Positions 40,834-50,905 of a stretch of 64,000 nucleotides of DNA are shown here, piece after piece. The notes under the pieces are model-generated. The model had not been told where the DNA came from. It saw only the letters and a list, made by a program, of their open reading frames with translations, and did not search any database. A program made the position numbers and the translations under genes. The stretch is from a virus: IMG/VR virus record IMGVR_UViG_3300025424_000296, positions 32,001 to 96,000 of that record; one strand, given 5' to 3'. Numbering within the stretch: the stretch's first letter is position 1; each line of letters opens with the position of its first letter.

Positions 40834-41016
40834 TTAATTTAGTTCTGCTACTTCAACAATTATTGTATTGTCATTAATTACTTCTTCGACTAGTGCGGGC
40901 ACTGTTTCTTCTATTAATTTCTTTTGATCTACTGATACAACAGTAGAAGTTTTACTATCATCTTTAACTATTTTACTGAGTTTAATAACTATGATTTCTT
41001 CTAATACCTTGGCCAT
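40834..41016 (-). CDS. Hypothetical protein
   Basis: GGAG RBS; 60 aa. Confidence 0.65.
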   Translation of the reverse strand: MAKVLEEIIVIKLSKIVKDDSKTSTVVSVDQKKLIEETVPALVEEVINDNTIIVEVAELN

Positions 41017-41031
41017 GTTGTTGCTCCGGTT

Positions 41032-41367
41032 TTAAACTGTTTGAGATTTTGGTTTCCTGCCACGTTTTTTACCAATCTTTTTATTACTGCCGTCTTTGTT
41101 TATATCATAAACATCAGCATACCTTGAAATATCCATGCCATCTATGGCTATGATAGATTCATCATTTATTTTAATTCGTTTTTTTTCAATTATATCTTGC
41201 ATGGTAAAATTTATATTATTTTCAGTTACCTCAAAGCTCACAATACCAAAATTACCAATTTTATTTAAAGTCCTGCCCAATGCATCTCTTATGGTGTACG
41301 CAACTGTGATAACATTGTCCTCAGTGATCGCGTGTCTGTCAAGTAACGCTGATATTATTTGGTTCAT
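41032..41367 (-). CDS. Hypothetical protein with AT-hook-like tail
   Basis: IDGMD..R, C-terminal GKKRGRKPK. Confidence 0.7.
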   Translation of the reverse strand: MNQIISALLDRHAITEDNVITVAYTIRDALGRTLNKIGNFGIVSFEVTENNINFTMQDIIEKKRIKINDESIIAIDGMDISRYADVYDINKDGSNKKIGKKRGRKPKSQTV

Positions 41368-43650
41368 TTAAATTTCTCCGTTATTTACTGTATCCAGTAA
41401 TTCAAACTCTTCTGTATCTGACAGCTCAGCTGTTTCCATATATTCGAATTCTAATTGATCATCGTTAACATGTACTGTTACAGCACCGCCATTTTTAAGA
41501 CGTCCAAATAGCATTTCTTTGGCAAGAGGTTTCTTGATATTTTCCTGTATAACTCTGGCTAGTGGCCTTGCACCCATGTTGCGATCAAAACCTCTTTTGA
41601 TAAGCCATTCTTTAGTAACTGAATCTAGTACAATATTAACTCTCTTTTTGCTACTGAGTTCGTTCATTTGATTTATAAATTTGTCAATGATTTTATTCAT
41701 GTTTTCTTTAGATAGCTTGTTGAATCTCACAATACCATCCAGTCTGTTACGGAATTCTGGTTTAAAGTAACTGTTGATAGCATTAATGTCTTCGTCTGTG
41801 CGCTCTGTACTACCAAATCCTATAGCAGATCGTTCCATATCTGCTGCTCCGAGATTACTGGTAAAGATAACGATAGCATGTCTAGCACTTGCAACTTTAC
41901 CATTTTGGCCAGTTATGATACCACTGTCCATGACTTGTAAGAAAATGTTATAAACATCCGGATGTGCTTTTTCAATTTCGTCAAATAGTAATACACAGTG
42001 CGGATTTGTTTCTAGTGTATTAATCAATATGCCAGATCCAGCAGACCCGTCACTATAGCCCACGTAGCCCGGAGGAGATCCAATCAGTTTGCTAACAGCA
42101 TGTCTTTCTTGGAACTCACTCATATCAAATCGCACAAATTCTACACCCAGACTTTTGGACAGTTGTTTTGCTAATTCTGTTTTACCTACCCCACTAGGAC
42201 CGCTGAATAAAAAAGATCCAACAGTTTTATCTGCTTCTCTGAGTCCACTTCTGCTGAGCCAGATCATGCTTGACAGTGTTTCTACTGCGTCATCTTGTCC
42301 AAATATGGCACCTTTGAGATCTGCATCAAGTTTTGCAAGCTTATCAGCTTCGGAAGTTTTAATTGTAGCCACTGGAATTTTAGCTACTCGACCAACTTCA
42401 GCTTCAATTTCTTTTTTGGTAATATTTTTAATTCTTTCATATTCTGGCCTAATTTTTTGCCAAGCAGCAGAACTATCAATTATATCAATGGCTTTATCTG
42501 GTAAGAATTTATCATGAATATGCTTAGCTGTTAACTCTACAGCAGCATCAAGTGCTGCGATATCATAGGTCACATCGTGATATTCTTCATAGTATTTGGC
42601 AACACCTCTGAGAATACGTTTAGCATCTTCGATACTGGGTTCATGAATATTTAATTTTTGAAAACGACGTACAAGAGCACGATCTTTTTCAAAATGTTTA
42701 CGGTATTCATCCATTGTTGTTGAGCCAATACAATGAATTTCACCTCTACTCAGAGGCGGCTTCAACATGTTAGCTGCATCAAGTGACCCATTGCCACCGC
42801 CGGCATTACCGGCGCCCATGATCATGTGAATTTCGTCAATGAACATAACAGCGTCTGGTAGACTACAAAATGCCTTAATAATGGCTTTCATACGTTCTTC
42901 AAAATCGCCGCGGAATTTAGTACCAGCTACTAGTGTACTGATATCCACACTCCAAATGGTTTTATTTAATAATGTTTCTGGAACTGATTTTTCTGTAATC
43001 CTTTTGGCAAGACCTTCGATTATCTGAGTCTTACCTACGCCTGCATCGCCAGTCATTACTACATTATGTTTGTTACGACGTGCTAAAATCTGCGTAATCT
43101 GTTCAACTTCTCGTTCACGTCCAATAAGCGGATCAATTTTTCCGTTTTCAGCCTTGCGATTGAGGTTAATGCAGAAGGTTTCTAGTGTTTCTATTGCTTC
43201 GGTTAGATCCATCTTTTCAGAATCTGCAGCTTGACTTTTATTGATAATATCTATGATAGCTTCTTTACTAGGGCCGTGCTTGTCTAGAAAGTATGCTGCA
43301 TGACTATCTGTTGTTCCATATATAGCCAGTAATAAATCCACCGGTCCAACTTCGTTTCGACCACTGAATATGCTCTGAGTTTTGGCTTTCTTAACCACAT
43401 TCATTAATAATTGAGTGTGTCTTGGACTAGAAGAATTATCTTGTACTATCACATGATTATCCGGCTCATCTAAATAATCAAATGTGTCTTTGGCAACTGC
43501 TTCTGGATTACCATTGGCTTTTTTCATTAATTTAACTAATTCTTGATCATCTAATAATGCAGCCAGTAGATGTTCAAGTGTCACCAATTCATGATGACGA
43601 GCAGAAGCTAATTGATAACTATGCTGGACAGTCTGCTCAAAGGTTTTCAT
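41368..43650 (-). CDS. clpA: ATP-dependent Clp protease ATP-binding subunit ClpA
   Basis: ClpN domain; GDAGVGKT and GPSGVGKT Walker A motifs; GTKFRGDFEER; RFDMSEF; PPGYVG; no ClpB M-domain. Confidence 0.93.
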   Translation of the reverse strand: MKTFEQTVQHSYQLASARHHELVTLEHLLAALLDDQELVKLMKKANGNPEAVAKDTFDYLDEPDNHVIVQDNSSSPRHTQLLMNVVKKAKTQSIFSGRNEVGPVDLLLAIYGTTDSHAAYFLDKHGPSKEAIIDIINKSQAADSEKMDLTEAIETLETFCINLNRKAENGKIDPLIGREREVEQITQILARRNKHNVVMTGDAGVGKTQIIEGLAKRITEKSVPETLLNKTIWSVDISTLVAGTKFRGDFEERMKAIIKAFCSLPDAVMFIDEIHMIMGAGNAGGGNGSLDAANMLKPPLSRGEIHCIGSTTMDEYRKHFEKDRALVRRFQKLNIHEPSIEDAKRILRGVAKYYEEYHDVTYDIAALDAAVELTAKHIHDKFLPDKAIDIIDSSAAWQKIRPEYERIKNITKKEIEAEVGRVAKIPVATIKTSEADKLAKLDADLKGAIFGQDDAVETLSSMIWLSRSGLREADKTVGSFLFSGPSGVGKTELAKQLSKSLGVEFVRFDMSEFQERHAVSKLIGSPPGYVGYSDGSAGSGILINTLETNPHCVLLFDEIEKAHPDVYNIFLQVMDSGIITGQNGKVASARHAIVIFTSNLGAADMERSAIGFGSTERTDEDINAINSYFKPEFRNRLDGIVRFNKLSKENMNKIIDKFINQMNELSSKKRVNIVLDSVTKEWLIKRGFDRNMGARPLARVIQENIKKPLAKEMLFGRLKNGGAVTVHVNDDQLEFEYMETAELSDTEEFELLDTVNNGEI

Positions 43651-44126
43651 TTTGATCTCCTAGCCCTTTTTCTAGCTAAATGTAGTGTAACTTTACCCAC
43701 TCGATCTGTAAAGACAATTCCTTGACAGTGATCCCACTCATGTAGAAAGCATCTTGCTTCTAGCTCCATTAGTGTTTCAGTGTGTTCATATCCTGTTTCA
43801 TCAATCCAGTTTGCAACAATGCTAAATGGTCTCGATATTGGCAATTTTAACCTAGGAAAACTAAGACAACCTTCTTCCTCAGTTGACATTTCATCGGTTG
43901 TGCTTAATACCGTTGGATTAATACAAGTACGTTTCTTACCCATACAATTCATGACAAACATGTTAAGGTCTAATCCAACTTGAGGAGCAGCTAAACCAAT
44001 GCCATCCCCTTTGTTCATAACTCTGTGCATTTCTTCGAAAGTTTCTAGTAACGTTGGTATTTGCTCTAGCTCTACCAACTTAGCCGCTGTTCTTAATATG
44101 GGATCGTAGCTGTTTGTGAGTTTCAT
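43647..44126 (-). CDS. def: Peptide deformylase
   Basis: GIGLAAPQVG, EGCLS, HEWDH. Confidence 0.95.
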   Translation of the reverse strand: MKLTNSYDPILRTAAKLVELEQIPTLLETFEEMHRVMNKGDGIGLAAPQVGLDLNMFVMNCMGKKRTCINPTVLSTTDEMSTEEEGCLSFPRLKLPISRPFSIVANWIDETGYEHTETLMELEARCFLHEWDHCQGIVFTDRVGKVTLHLARKRARRSK

Positions 44127-44157
44127 GTTATTACTTTGCGGCTAAAATGCAATCTTG

Positions 44158-45033
44158 TCAAGTGGTTCTTTGATCAACAAGTTCTCTTATTTTTTGTTTG
44201 AGAGAGTTGTCTAATCCAGTTGGCACAGTGATTTTAACTGTAACAATACAATCTCCGCGAGCATGTCCGTTCCCTCTCAAAGGCATTCCGCGCCCGCTAA
44301 TTTTTAAATTGGTATCAGGTTGTGTACCCTCTGGTATGGTTAATCTGACTTTTTGACCATCTATACATGTTAAAGTGTGATCACATCCAATAATAGCTGA
44401 CAATGCATCGACAGTTATTTCTGTATGAAGATTTGCTCCGTTCCTGCGGAAAACAGCGTGATTTAAAATCAAAACATTTATGTATAAATCCCCAGGAGGG
44501 GCATTTGGTATAGATCTATCACCGTGTCCCTGGTAACGTATACGGGTACCATTTTCAATACCAGCTGGTATTTCCACGTTCAAATTGTAATTTTGTCCGT
44601 TAACTGTAAATTGTATCGGAGTGTGTTTGCCTGTAAATGCTTCTTCCAGTGTTAGATGTAGTTCAAATGTAAAATCTTTGTTACGTGCTTGACGACCGGG
44701 ATGTCCAAATCCGTGTTGATTAAAAAATTGATTAATTATGTCTTCCATACCACCACCGCCAAATTCAAAATTAAAGTTGAATCCGCCGTGTTGGAATGGA
44801 TTTCCACCTGGATGCCCGCCGCCGAATTGACGCATTTGGTCATATCTGGCTCTAGCCTCAGGATCGCCTATTTCAGAATAAGCAGTGCTTATTTTTTTAA
44901 AGCGTTCTTCAGCAGCAGCATTACCCTGATTTTTGTCAGGGTGAAACTGCATTGCTAGCTTGCGATAAGCTGATTTTATTTCTTCTTGTGAGGCGTTTTC
45001 TGCAACGCCGAGAGTGCTATAATGATTTTCCAT
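44158..45033 (-). CDS. dnaJ: DnaJ/CbpA-type co-chaperone (no Zn finger)
   Basis: J domain with HPD, G/F region, C-terminal domains. Confidence 0.92.
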   Translation of the reverse strand: MENHYSTLGVAENASQEEIKSAYRKLAMQFHPDKNQGNAAAEERFKKISTAYSEIGDPEARARYDQMRQFGGGHPGGNPFQHGGFNFNFEFGGGGMEDIINQFFNQHGFGHPGRQARNKDFTFELHLTLEEAFTGKHTPIQFTVNGQNYNLNVEIPAGIENGTRIRYQGHGDRSIPNAPPGDLYINVLILNHAVFRRNGANLHTEITVDALSAIIGCDHTLTCIDGQKVRLTIPEGTQPDTNLKISGRGMPLRGNGHARGDCIVTVKITVPTGLDNSLKQKIRELVDQRTT

Positions 45034-45120
45034 AGTAAAATAATTATAATATCTTTAACCACACTGTCAATGGTTGATAGATCAAAAGTAAATATTATTA
45101 CAAAAATTTTTGAGACTGCT

Positions 45121-45855
45121 ATGACTGATAACACCGATAATACTGATAACGACCTTGATACACAACTAAAAGTTGAAATTAAACCAACTATGTTGCAGAT
45201 TTTAGTAGAATATCTTACTAAAACCAGTCCGGGTTTATTGATATTACACTTATTTTATATCATGATGGTATGTGCATCATTGAGTTTTTCATATGTAATG
45301 GCTTTCCATTGGGCCACAGTTGTTCAAATCTATACAGATGCACACGATGTTAAAGGTTTTAGCAAAAATCTTAAAATGAGTGTGGAAAATGACACTAAGA
45401 TTGCAGAATTGTTACACGAAACATTAGACAAAACTGGTGGAATTAGAGCATATGTTTATAGATATCATAATGGTTTAGCTGCTATCAGCAGTGTTCCATT
45501 CTTTTTTCAAACCAATACACATGAAATTATAGCACCAGGTGGCACCAGACTGTTACCATATGAACAAAGAATTCCAGCTAGTTTTAATATTCTTATCAAT
45601 AATCAATTTATTAAAAATCAATGTGCTATAGTCACTAATACTGATGAGGACAAAGGTAGTAACTATTATTATTTTTGGACCAGTAGAGGAGCAAAATCAT
45701 TTATACGTTGTCCAATCTATTTAGATAACGGTGATTTATTCGGATTTGTCGGTGTCGACTATGCAACCAACGGCACTCAACTTAAAAAAGATGCTCAGGA
45801 CTTGGAAGAAGTTGCTACACAAATAGGCAATATATTTGAAACTGGTAGAAAATAA
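45121..45855 (+). CDS. Membrane protein with GAF-like C-terminal domain, T4 holin T-like architecture
   Basis: One TM, then YRYHNG...CPIY...GFVGVDY; TAAATA at 45089. Confidence 0.55.
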   Translation: MTDNTDNTDNDLDTQLKVEIKPTMLQILVEYLTKTSPGLLILHLFYIMMVCASLSFSYVMAFHWATVVQIYTDAHDVKGFSKNLKMSVENDTKIAELLHETLDKTGGIRAYVYRYHNGLAAISSVPFFFQTNTHEIIAPGGTRLLPYEQRIPASFNILINNQFIKNQCAIVTNTDEDKGSNYYYFWTSRGAKSFIRCPIYLDNGDLFGFVGVDYATNGTQLKKDAQDLEEVATQIGNIFETGRK

Positions 45856-45892
45856 TTTGTTATTGTTAAGCATATTATCATATGCTTAACAA

Positions 45893-46942
45893 ATGGATAT
45901 AATAATACCGTGTGCTAGTACTGACACAAACTTTCCAAATATGAGACCTAATTACTTGTTAGCTGACTATCTCAGCCGACGAATGTTAGAGTTGGTTGTA
46001 GAACCATATCTATCTAAATATCGTATACATGTTGTAATAACACAACAAGCTCAGGACTCTTATAATGTTGTCAAGGAGTTTGACACTATATTTGGTGATC
46101 AAGTTAATGTAGTAATACTGTCAAAATCTACATCAGGGTCTGCTGAGTCAGCTTATCAAGCATTAATAAAGTTAAATTTAGAATCAACTGCATTTATGAT
46201 CCGTGAATGTACTGGTATGTTTGCACATGATACAGTATTATCTGGTAATATTATTCATGTTGGAAGTCTAAATCACAGCATAAATTTAACAAATATCACC
46301 AATAAAGATTATGTAAAGGCTAATGGACAGGGTTTCATTAGTTGTATAGCAGAAAAAGAGGTAATTGGTGATTTATTCTGTGCAGGGGGTTATCAATTTG
46401 AGTCTGCCAGAAAATACAAATTAGCTTACACCAATCTTTTAAAATCTAATGTAGATAAAATTTCGATTAAATCAATTGTTGATTACTATAGTGTGTCTTG
46501 GGGGGAAGATTTTTCAGTAAATAAAGTCAGCGACTTTGTTGATCTAAGTACTATACAAGATTGGGAAGCTTTTAACGATCGTCCTACAATATTTTGTGAC
46601 ATAGATGGAACTATTATACACAATCAAACACCTTATGGCGATAATAACTACGGTGCAACGCCCACAGTGTTAGAAAAGAATGTACAAACATTGAGACACT
46701 TTTTAATAAGAGGCAGTCAGATCATATTTACTACGTCAAGAACCACCAAGTGGTATGCTGAGACTAGACAAATGCTAGATAGTTTGGGTTTTCACAACTG
46801 CCAGTTGATTATGGATTTACATCATGCAAGAAGAATATTAATAAATGATCATGCACTTACTAACCCTTATCCTAGTGCTGTTGCAATTAATATCAGACGC
46901 AATGATGACTCGTTGGATCAAATGATTGGCAAGAGGAACTAA
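45893..46942 (+). CDS. Nucleotidyltransferase-like domain fused to a HAD phosphatase
   Basis: MDIIIPCA...FPNMRP N-terminus; FCDIDGT, FTTSR, RILIND HAD motifs. Confidence 0.75.
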   Translation: MDIIIPCASTDTNFPNMRPNYLLADYLSRRMLELVVEPYLSKYRIHVVITQQAQDSYNVVKEFDTIFGDQVNVVILSKSTSGSAESAYQALIKLNLESTAFMIRECTGMFAHDTVLSGNIIHVGSLNHSINLTNITNKDYVKANGQGFISCIAEKEVIGDLFCAGGYQFESARKYKLAYTNLLKSNVDKISIKSIVDYYSVSWGEDFSVNKVSDFVDLSTIQDWEAFNDRPTIFCDIDGTIIHNQTPYGDNNYGATPTVLEKNVQTLRHFLIRGSQIIFTTSRTTKWYAETRQMLDSLGFHNCQLIMDLHHARRILINDHALTNPYPSAVAINIRRNDDSLDQMIGKRN

Positions 46943-46944
46943 TT

Positions 46945-47667
46945 ATGCAGATTCTTATCCCAATGGCCGGTGCTGGCAGCAGATTTGCAAAAGTAGGATA
47001 TTCAAAACCAAAGCCATTAATAGACGTTGATGGTCTTCCGATGATCTCTAGAGTTATTGATAATCTTGGACCAGACAATGATTATATTTTCATAGTACAA
47101 AAATCGGTTCTAGATGATTATGAAAAAGATTTAATTTCAGCTACTGATTTTGCAAAATCTAGTAAATTTTTAATTGCTAATGGATTAACAGAGGGTGCTG
47201 CACAAACCTGCTTACTAGCCAAAGACTCGTTGGATATGGATTCTCCATTAATGATTGCCAATTGTGATCAAATTATGGATTGGAATTATGATCATTTTTA
47301 CAAATGGTTTGACACAACATTTAGTGACGGATCAATAATCACTTTCTCAAGCATAGAACCTAACAATAGTTATGTAACTCTGAGAGAGGACGGATATATA
47401 TTAGAAGCACAAGAAAAAATAGTTATATCAGACATAGCTACCACAGGTGTTTATATATGGCGACAAGCACGAGATTTTATGGTATCAGCTGAGGAAATGA
47501 TATCAAAAAATATCAGATATAATAATGAATTTTATGTATGTCCTGTTTATAATCAAATTGTAGAGAAGGGCAAGTTAATTAACGTTTATCATATTAAAAG
47601 TCACTGGCCGATCGGAACACCAGAAGATTTAGAAATATATTTGAAGCATAGACATGAAAGAATATAG
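46945..47667 (+). CDS. Sugar-phosphate nucleotidyltransferase
   Basis: IPMAGAGSRF...PKPLI, TEGAA, NCDQ, NNEFYVCP, GTPEDL. Confidence 0.88.
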   Translation: MQILIPMAGAGSRFAKVGYSKPKPLIDVDGLPMISRVIDNLGPDNDYIFIVQKSVLDDYEKDLISATDFAKSSKFLIANGLTEGAAQTCLLAKDSLDMDSPLMIANCDQIMDWNYDHFYKWFDTTFSDGSIITFSSIEPNNSYVTLREDGYILEAQEKIVISDIATTGVYIWRQARDFMVSAEEMISKNIRYNNEFYVCPVYNQIVEKGKLINVYHIKSHWPIGTPEDLEIYLKHRHERI

Positions 47668-47983
47668 TGTAGAACAATTTAAATTAGGATGGTTTATCGG
47701 AGACTTCGAACCCAGTGTCCTCCGAACATCTGACTTTGAAGTCTGTTATAGAATCCAGAAAAAAGGCGAGATACATAAACCACATGTTCATCCCATTGGC
47801 ACAGAGTATAACTATCTTATTCGAGGCGAAATGACAGTAAATGGTAAAAAGTTTATAGGACCTGTTATATTTGTTATAGAACCCGGGGAAGCTGTTTATC
47901 CAACGATGGACACAGACTGCGAGTTAATTATAGTTAAGACTCCTAGCTTAGTTACAGATAAGATATTGGTAGAAGACCTATGA
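47654..47983 (+). CDS. Cupin-fold protein
   Basis: GWFIGDFEP, HVH...E, VKTPS...DK. Confidence 0.75.
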   Translation: MKEYSVEQFKLGWFIGDFEPSVLRTSDFEVCYRIQKKGEIHKPHVHPIGTEYNYLIRGEMTVNGKKFIGPVIFVIEPGEAVYPTMDTDCELIIVKTPSLVTDKILVEDL

Positions 47984-49113
47984 ATATTATAATTAATACA
48001 AAAGATCTTAAAAAGTATTTTTGGGTAAAGTATTGGGTATCATCAAAAACGGATCTCAATACCGCAGCACATGAAATAGCCATTGGACAGAGTATAGGTA
48101 ACCCAAACAAACGTAGTCTCTGGGAAACTGATACAATGATCAACGACTATTGTAATAAGATATTAGATACAGGTAACCTTGACCAGCCACAGGGCTATGT
48201 AGAAATAGGTTTTCCTTATGAACTATTAGATTGGCAAGAAGATGGTATAAGTCAACTGCTTTGTGTAATCATGGGCGGGCAAATGGATATTGACAACATA
48301 ACCAGTTGTCGTGCAACTGATATTGAATTTGATGATAGTGTAATTGCTCCCTATTTTCTCGGTCCGCAGTTTGGTATTAGTGGTATAAGAAATCGGGTAA
48401 AAGTCCATAACAAACCCCTATTTGGCGGTATTATTAAACCAAAAACTGGTATTACACCCAACCAGTTACTAGACATGACCAAAGAGTTAGTAGAGGGCGG
48501 TGTAAACTTTATTAAGGAAGATGAGATACTGGGAAATCCTAGTGTTTGTAGACTACGGGATCGTGTTCCACTTATATCAAAATATTTACAGGATAAAAAT
48601 GTAATCTACTGCTACTGTATAAATAGTGATCCTTTATATGTATTAGACCGAGCTAAATTTGTTGCAGAAAATGGCGGCAACGGTGTTCATGTAAATGTAT
48701 GGAGCGGTCTAGGTGTTTATAAAAGTATTAGAGATTTAGATCTACCACTTTTCATACACTATCAAAAAAGTGGTGATAGAACTTTTACAAATAGTTTGCA
48801 TGACTTTAACATAAGCTGGGATATATTGTGTAAACTTGCAGGCATGTGCGGAGTTGACTTTATACATGCCGGAATGTGGGGAGGATATTTGAGTAATACA
48901 GACGACGAGCTACATCGCACATTAGGCATACTTAGAAGTCTCGGTGTAATGCCTGCATTAAGTTGCGGAATGCATGCGGGATTAATAGCACCTATCACTG
49001 AAAGATTTGGTACAGATTGGATGGCAAACGTAGGCGGTGCAATACATGCAGATCCCGGTGGTACTCGTGCTGGTAGTTTACGAATAAAACATGCCATTGA
49101 GAATCTAAAATGA
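47980..49113 (+). CDS. RuBisCO-like protein (form IV)
   Basis: IIKPKTG, GGVNFIKEDE, DFIHAG, PALSCG, NVGGAIH; lacks the H294 and K334 equivalents. Confidence 0.9.
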   Translation: MNIIINTKDLKKYFWVKYWVSSKTDLNTAAHEIAIGQSIGNPNKRSLWETDTMINDYCNKILDTGNLDQPQGYVEIGFPYELLDWQEDGISQLLCVIMGGQMDIDNITSCRATDIEFDDSVIAPYFLGPQFGISGIRNRVKVHNKPLFGGIIKPKTGITPNQLLDMTKELVEGGVNFIKEDEILGNPSVCRLRDRVPLISKYLQDKNVIYCYCINSDPLYVLDRAKFVAENGGNGVHVNVWSGLGVYKSIRDLDLPLFIHYQKSGDRTFTNSLHDFNISWDILCKLAGMCGVDFIHAGMWGGYLSNTDDELHRTLGILRSLGVMPALSCGMHAGLIAPITERFGTDWMANVGGAIHADPGGTRAGSLRIKHAIENLK

Positions 49114-49580
49114 AATTAATTTCACACCGAGGTTTGATAAATGGGCCAGATTTGCAATTGGAAAATACCGAGGATGCTATAACACAATGTTTGTTAAAAG
49201 GTCTTGAAGTAGAAGTAGATGTGTGGTTCAACGAAGATAGTAGCACTTGGTGGTTAGGTCACGATTTTCCTCAGTATAAAACTTCAAGAGATTTCGTATT
49301 CCAACTTGGGTTATGGATACACGCTAAAAATTTTGCAGCAGCTAAAGAATTAAATTCGTGTTGGAAGTCTGGCAATGTACATCTCAATTATTTTTGGCAT
49401 GAGAATGACCATAGAACATTGACAAGTCTCGGATATTGGTGGACATTTCCGCAACAAGAACTCGGTCCTACTAGTGTAGCAGTAATGCCAGAAAGATATA
49501 CGCTATTAACCGATTTACATTTATGTGTTACATGGAATTGTTATGGTGTATGCAGTGATTATATTAATAAACTGATATAA
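49110..49580 (+). CDS. Glycerophosphodiester phosphodiesterase-like protein
   Basis: ISHRG, EN, VEVDVW, LGHD, WIHAKN, GVCSD. Confidence 0.78.
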   Translation: MKLISHRGLINGPDLQLENTEDAITQCLLKGLEVEVDVWFNEDSSTWWLGHDFPQYKTSRDFVFQLGLWIHAKNFAAAKELNSCWKSGNVHLNYFWHENDHRTLTSLGYWWTFPQQELGPTSVAVMPERYTLLTDLHLCVTWNCYGVCSDYINKLI

Positions 49581-49659
49581 TAAAATTTATCAATATTATT
49601 GATAAAAATTGAATAATTACCGTATAATTAAAGCATAATTTATTGGAGACTTAAATTCC

Positions 49660-50904
49660 ATGTCAAAAATTGATTTGTCTACATATGAACAAGATCCTAG
49701 TAATCCTTCAGAAATATTGAATATAGCTGGGCACTGTGCTGAGCAGGGACAACATGATTCTGCCATGTTATTTGCTGAATCAGTTTATAGGATGAATAAT
49801 CTGTCAAATGAAGTAAAGGTACAAGCATTAGAACGTTTTGCAATATCCGGTTTCTATAGTAAAATACCTTCTAGAAAACTATTAGGTAAACAGGCCTGCG
49901 AATTATTAGCCATGAACAAAGATATTAACTGGAATACCAGATATGTAGCTGGTCAAAATAGCACTTGGTATGCAAGTTCATCTAATGAATTATTTTCCAA
50001 CACTGTATTGAAGCATTTAGACTTTACACCGCCAGACGATTATCTTCCATTAAACCCATCTATATACAGGTGGGGTAATCAGTTATGGATGATACAACGT
50101 ACGGTGAATTATGTTATAACTCCAAGCGGTCATTATGACATGCGCGGTGACACCGCCATAAGAACTCGTAATTGGTTGTTGAAATTAAATTCTGATCTAA
50201 CGGTACATAGTGCTAGAGAAATATTACCGCCAGTTGATCTTCCAGAACCACTTTATAATTTAGTAATTGGTTTTGAAGACAATAGACTATTTGTGTGGCA
50301 AGATCAGCTATGGTGTACGTCAACTGTCAGGGAATTAAACCAACCGGGTAATTGCGAAATAGTACTATCAAGAATAGATGATACTGAAGACGGTAAGTGT
50401 CGATATAGTAACTGGAGAGTTATACATCCAAAGGGTGTGGAATTTCAACATCAAAAAAATTGGATGCCTGTAGTAATAAATCAAGATCTAAGATTTATAT
50501 ATAGCAGTGATCCTGTTAGAATCATTGATGACCAAGGTGAAATAGTTATGCAGCACGAAGCTGTTGATGCCACTGATAGTTTCAGAGGCGGGTCACAAGC
50601 TATTAGATTTAATAATGGGTGGTTGGCTATAATACATGAAAGCCATATGATGCCCGATCAACGTCGTAGATACATGCATCGATTTGTATGGTATAATGAA
50701 AATTTTGATTTAGCAGCTTATACGCCGGCATTTTATATAGCCAAACTTGGTATTGAATTTGCAGCAGGAATAGCAGAACATCCACTTACTAACAAAATAA
50801 TTGTAAGCTTTGGATTAGCAGACAACGAAAGCTGGTTAGCTGAATTTGAACCAGTTTCGATACTTGCTGCATTAAAATATATCAAAAGAAAAGAATCAAA
50901 CTGA
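49660..50904 (+). CDS. Beta-propeller glycosidase/glycosyltransferase-like protein
   Basis: NPSI, FEDNRLF, QKNWMP, FRGGSQ, IEFAAG; helical N-terminus. Confidence 0.6.
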   Translation: MSKIDLSTYEQDPSNPSEILNIAGHCAEQGQHDSAMLFAESVYRMNNLSNEVKVQALERFAISGFYSKIPSRKLLGKQACELLAMNKDINWNTRYVAGQNSTWYASSSNELFSNTVLKHLDFTPPDDYLPLNPSIYRWGNQLWMIQRTVNYVITPSGHYDMRGDTAIRTRNWLLKLNSDLTVHSAREILPPVDLPEPLYNLVIGFEDNRLFVWQDQLWCTSTVRELNQPGNCEIVLSRIDDTEDGKCRYSNWRVIHPKGVEFQHQKNWMPVVINQDLRFIYSSDPVRIIDDQGEIVMQHEAVDATDSFRGGSQAIRFNNGWLAIIHESHMMPDQRRRYMHRFVWYNENFDLAAYTPAFYIAKLGIEFAAGIAEHPLTNKIIVSFGLADNESWLAEFEPVSILAALKYIKRKESN

Positions 50905-50905
50905 T

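Noticed and set aside
47980-49113. Carbon-fixing RuBisCO (rbcL)
   Set aside because: Only 377 aa; H294 and K334 equivalents replaced; no rbcS or prk nearby.
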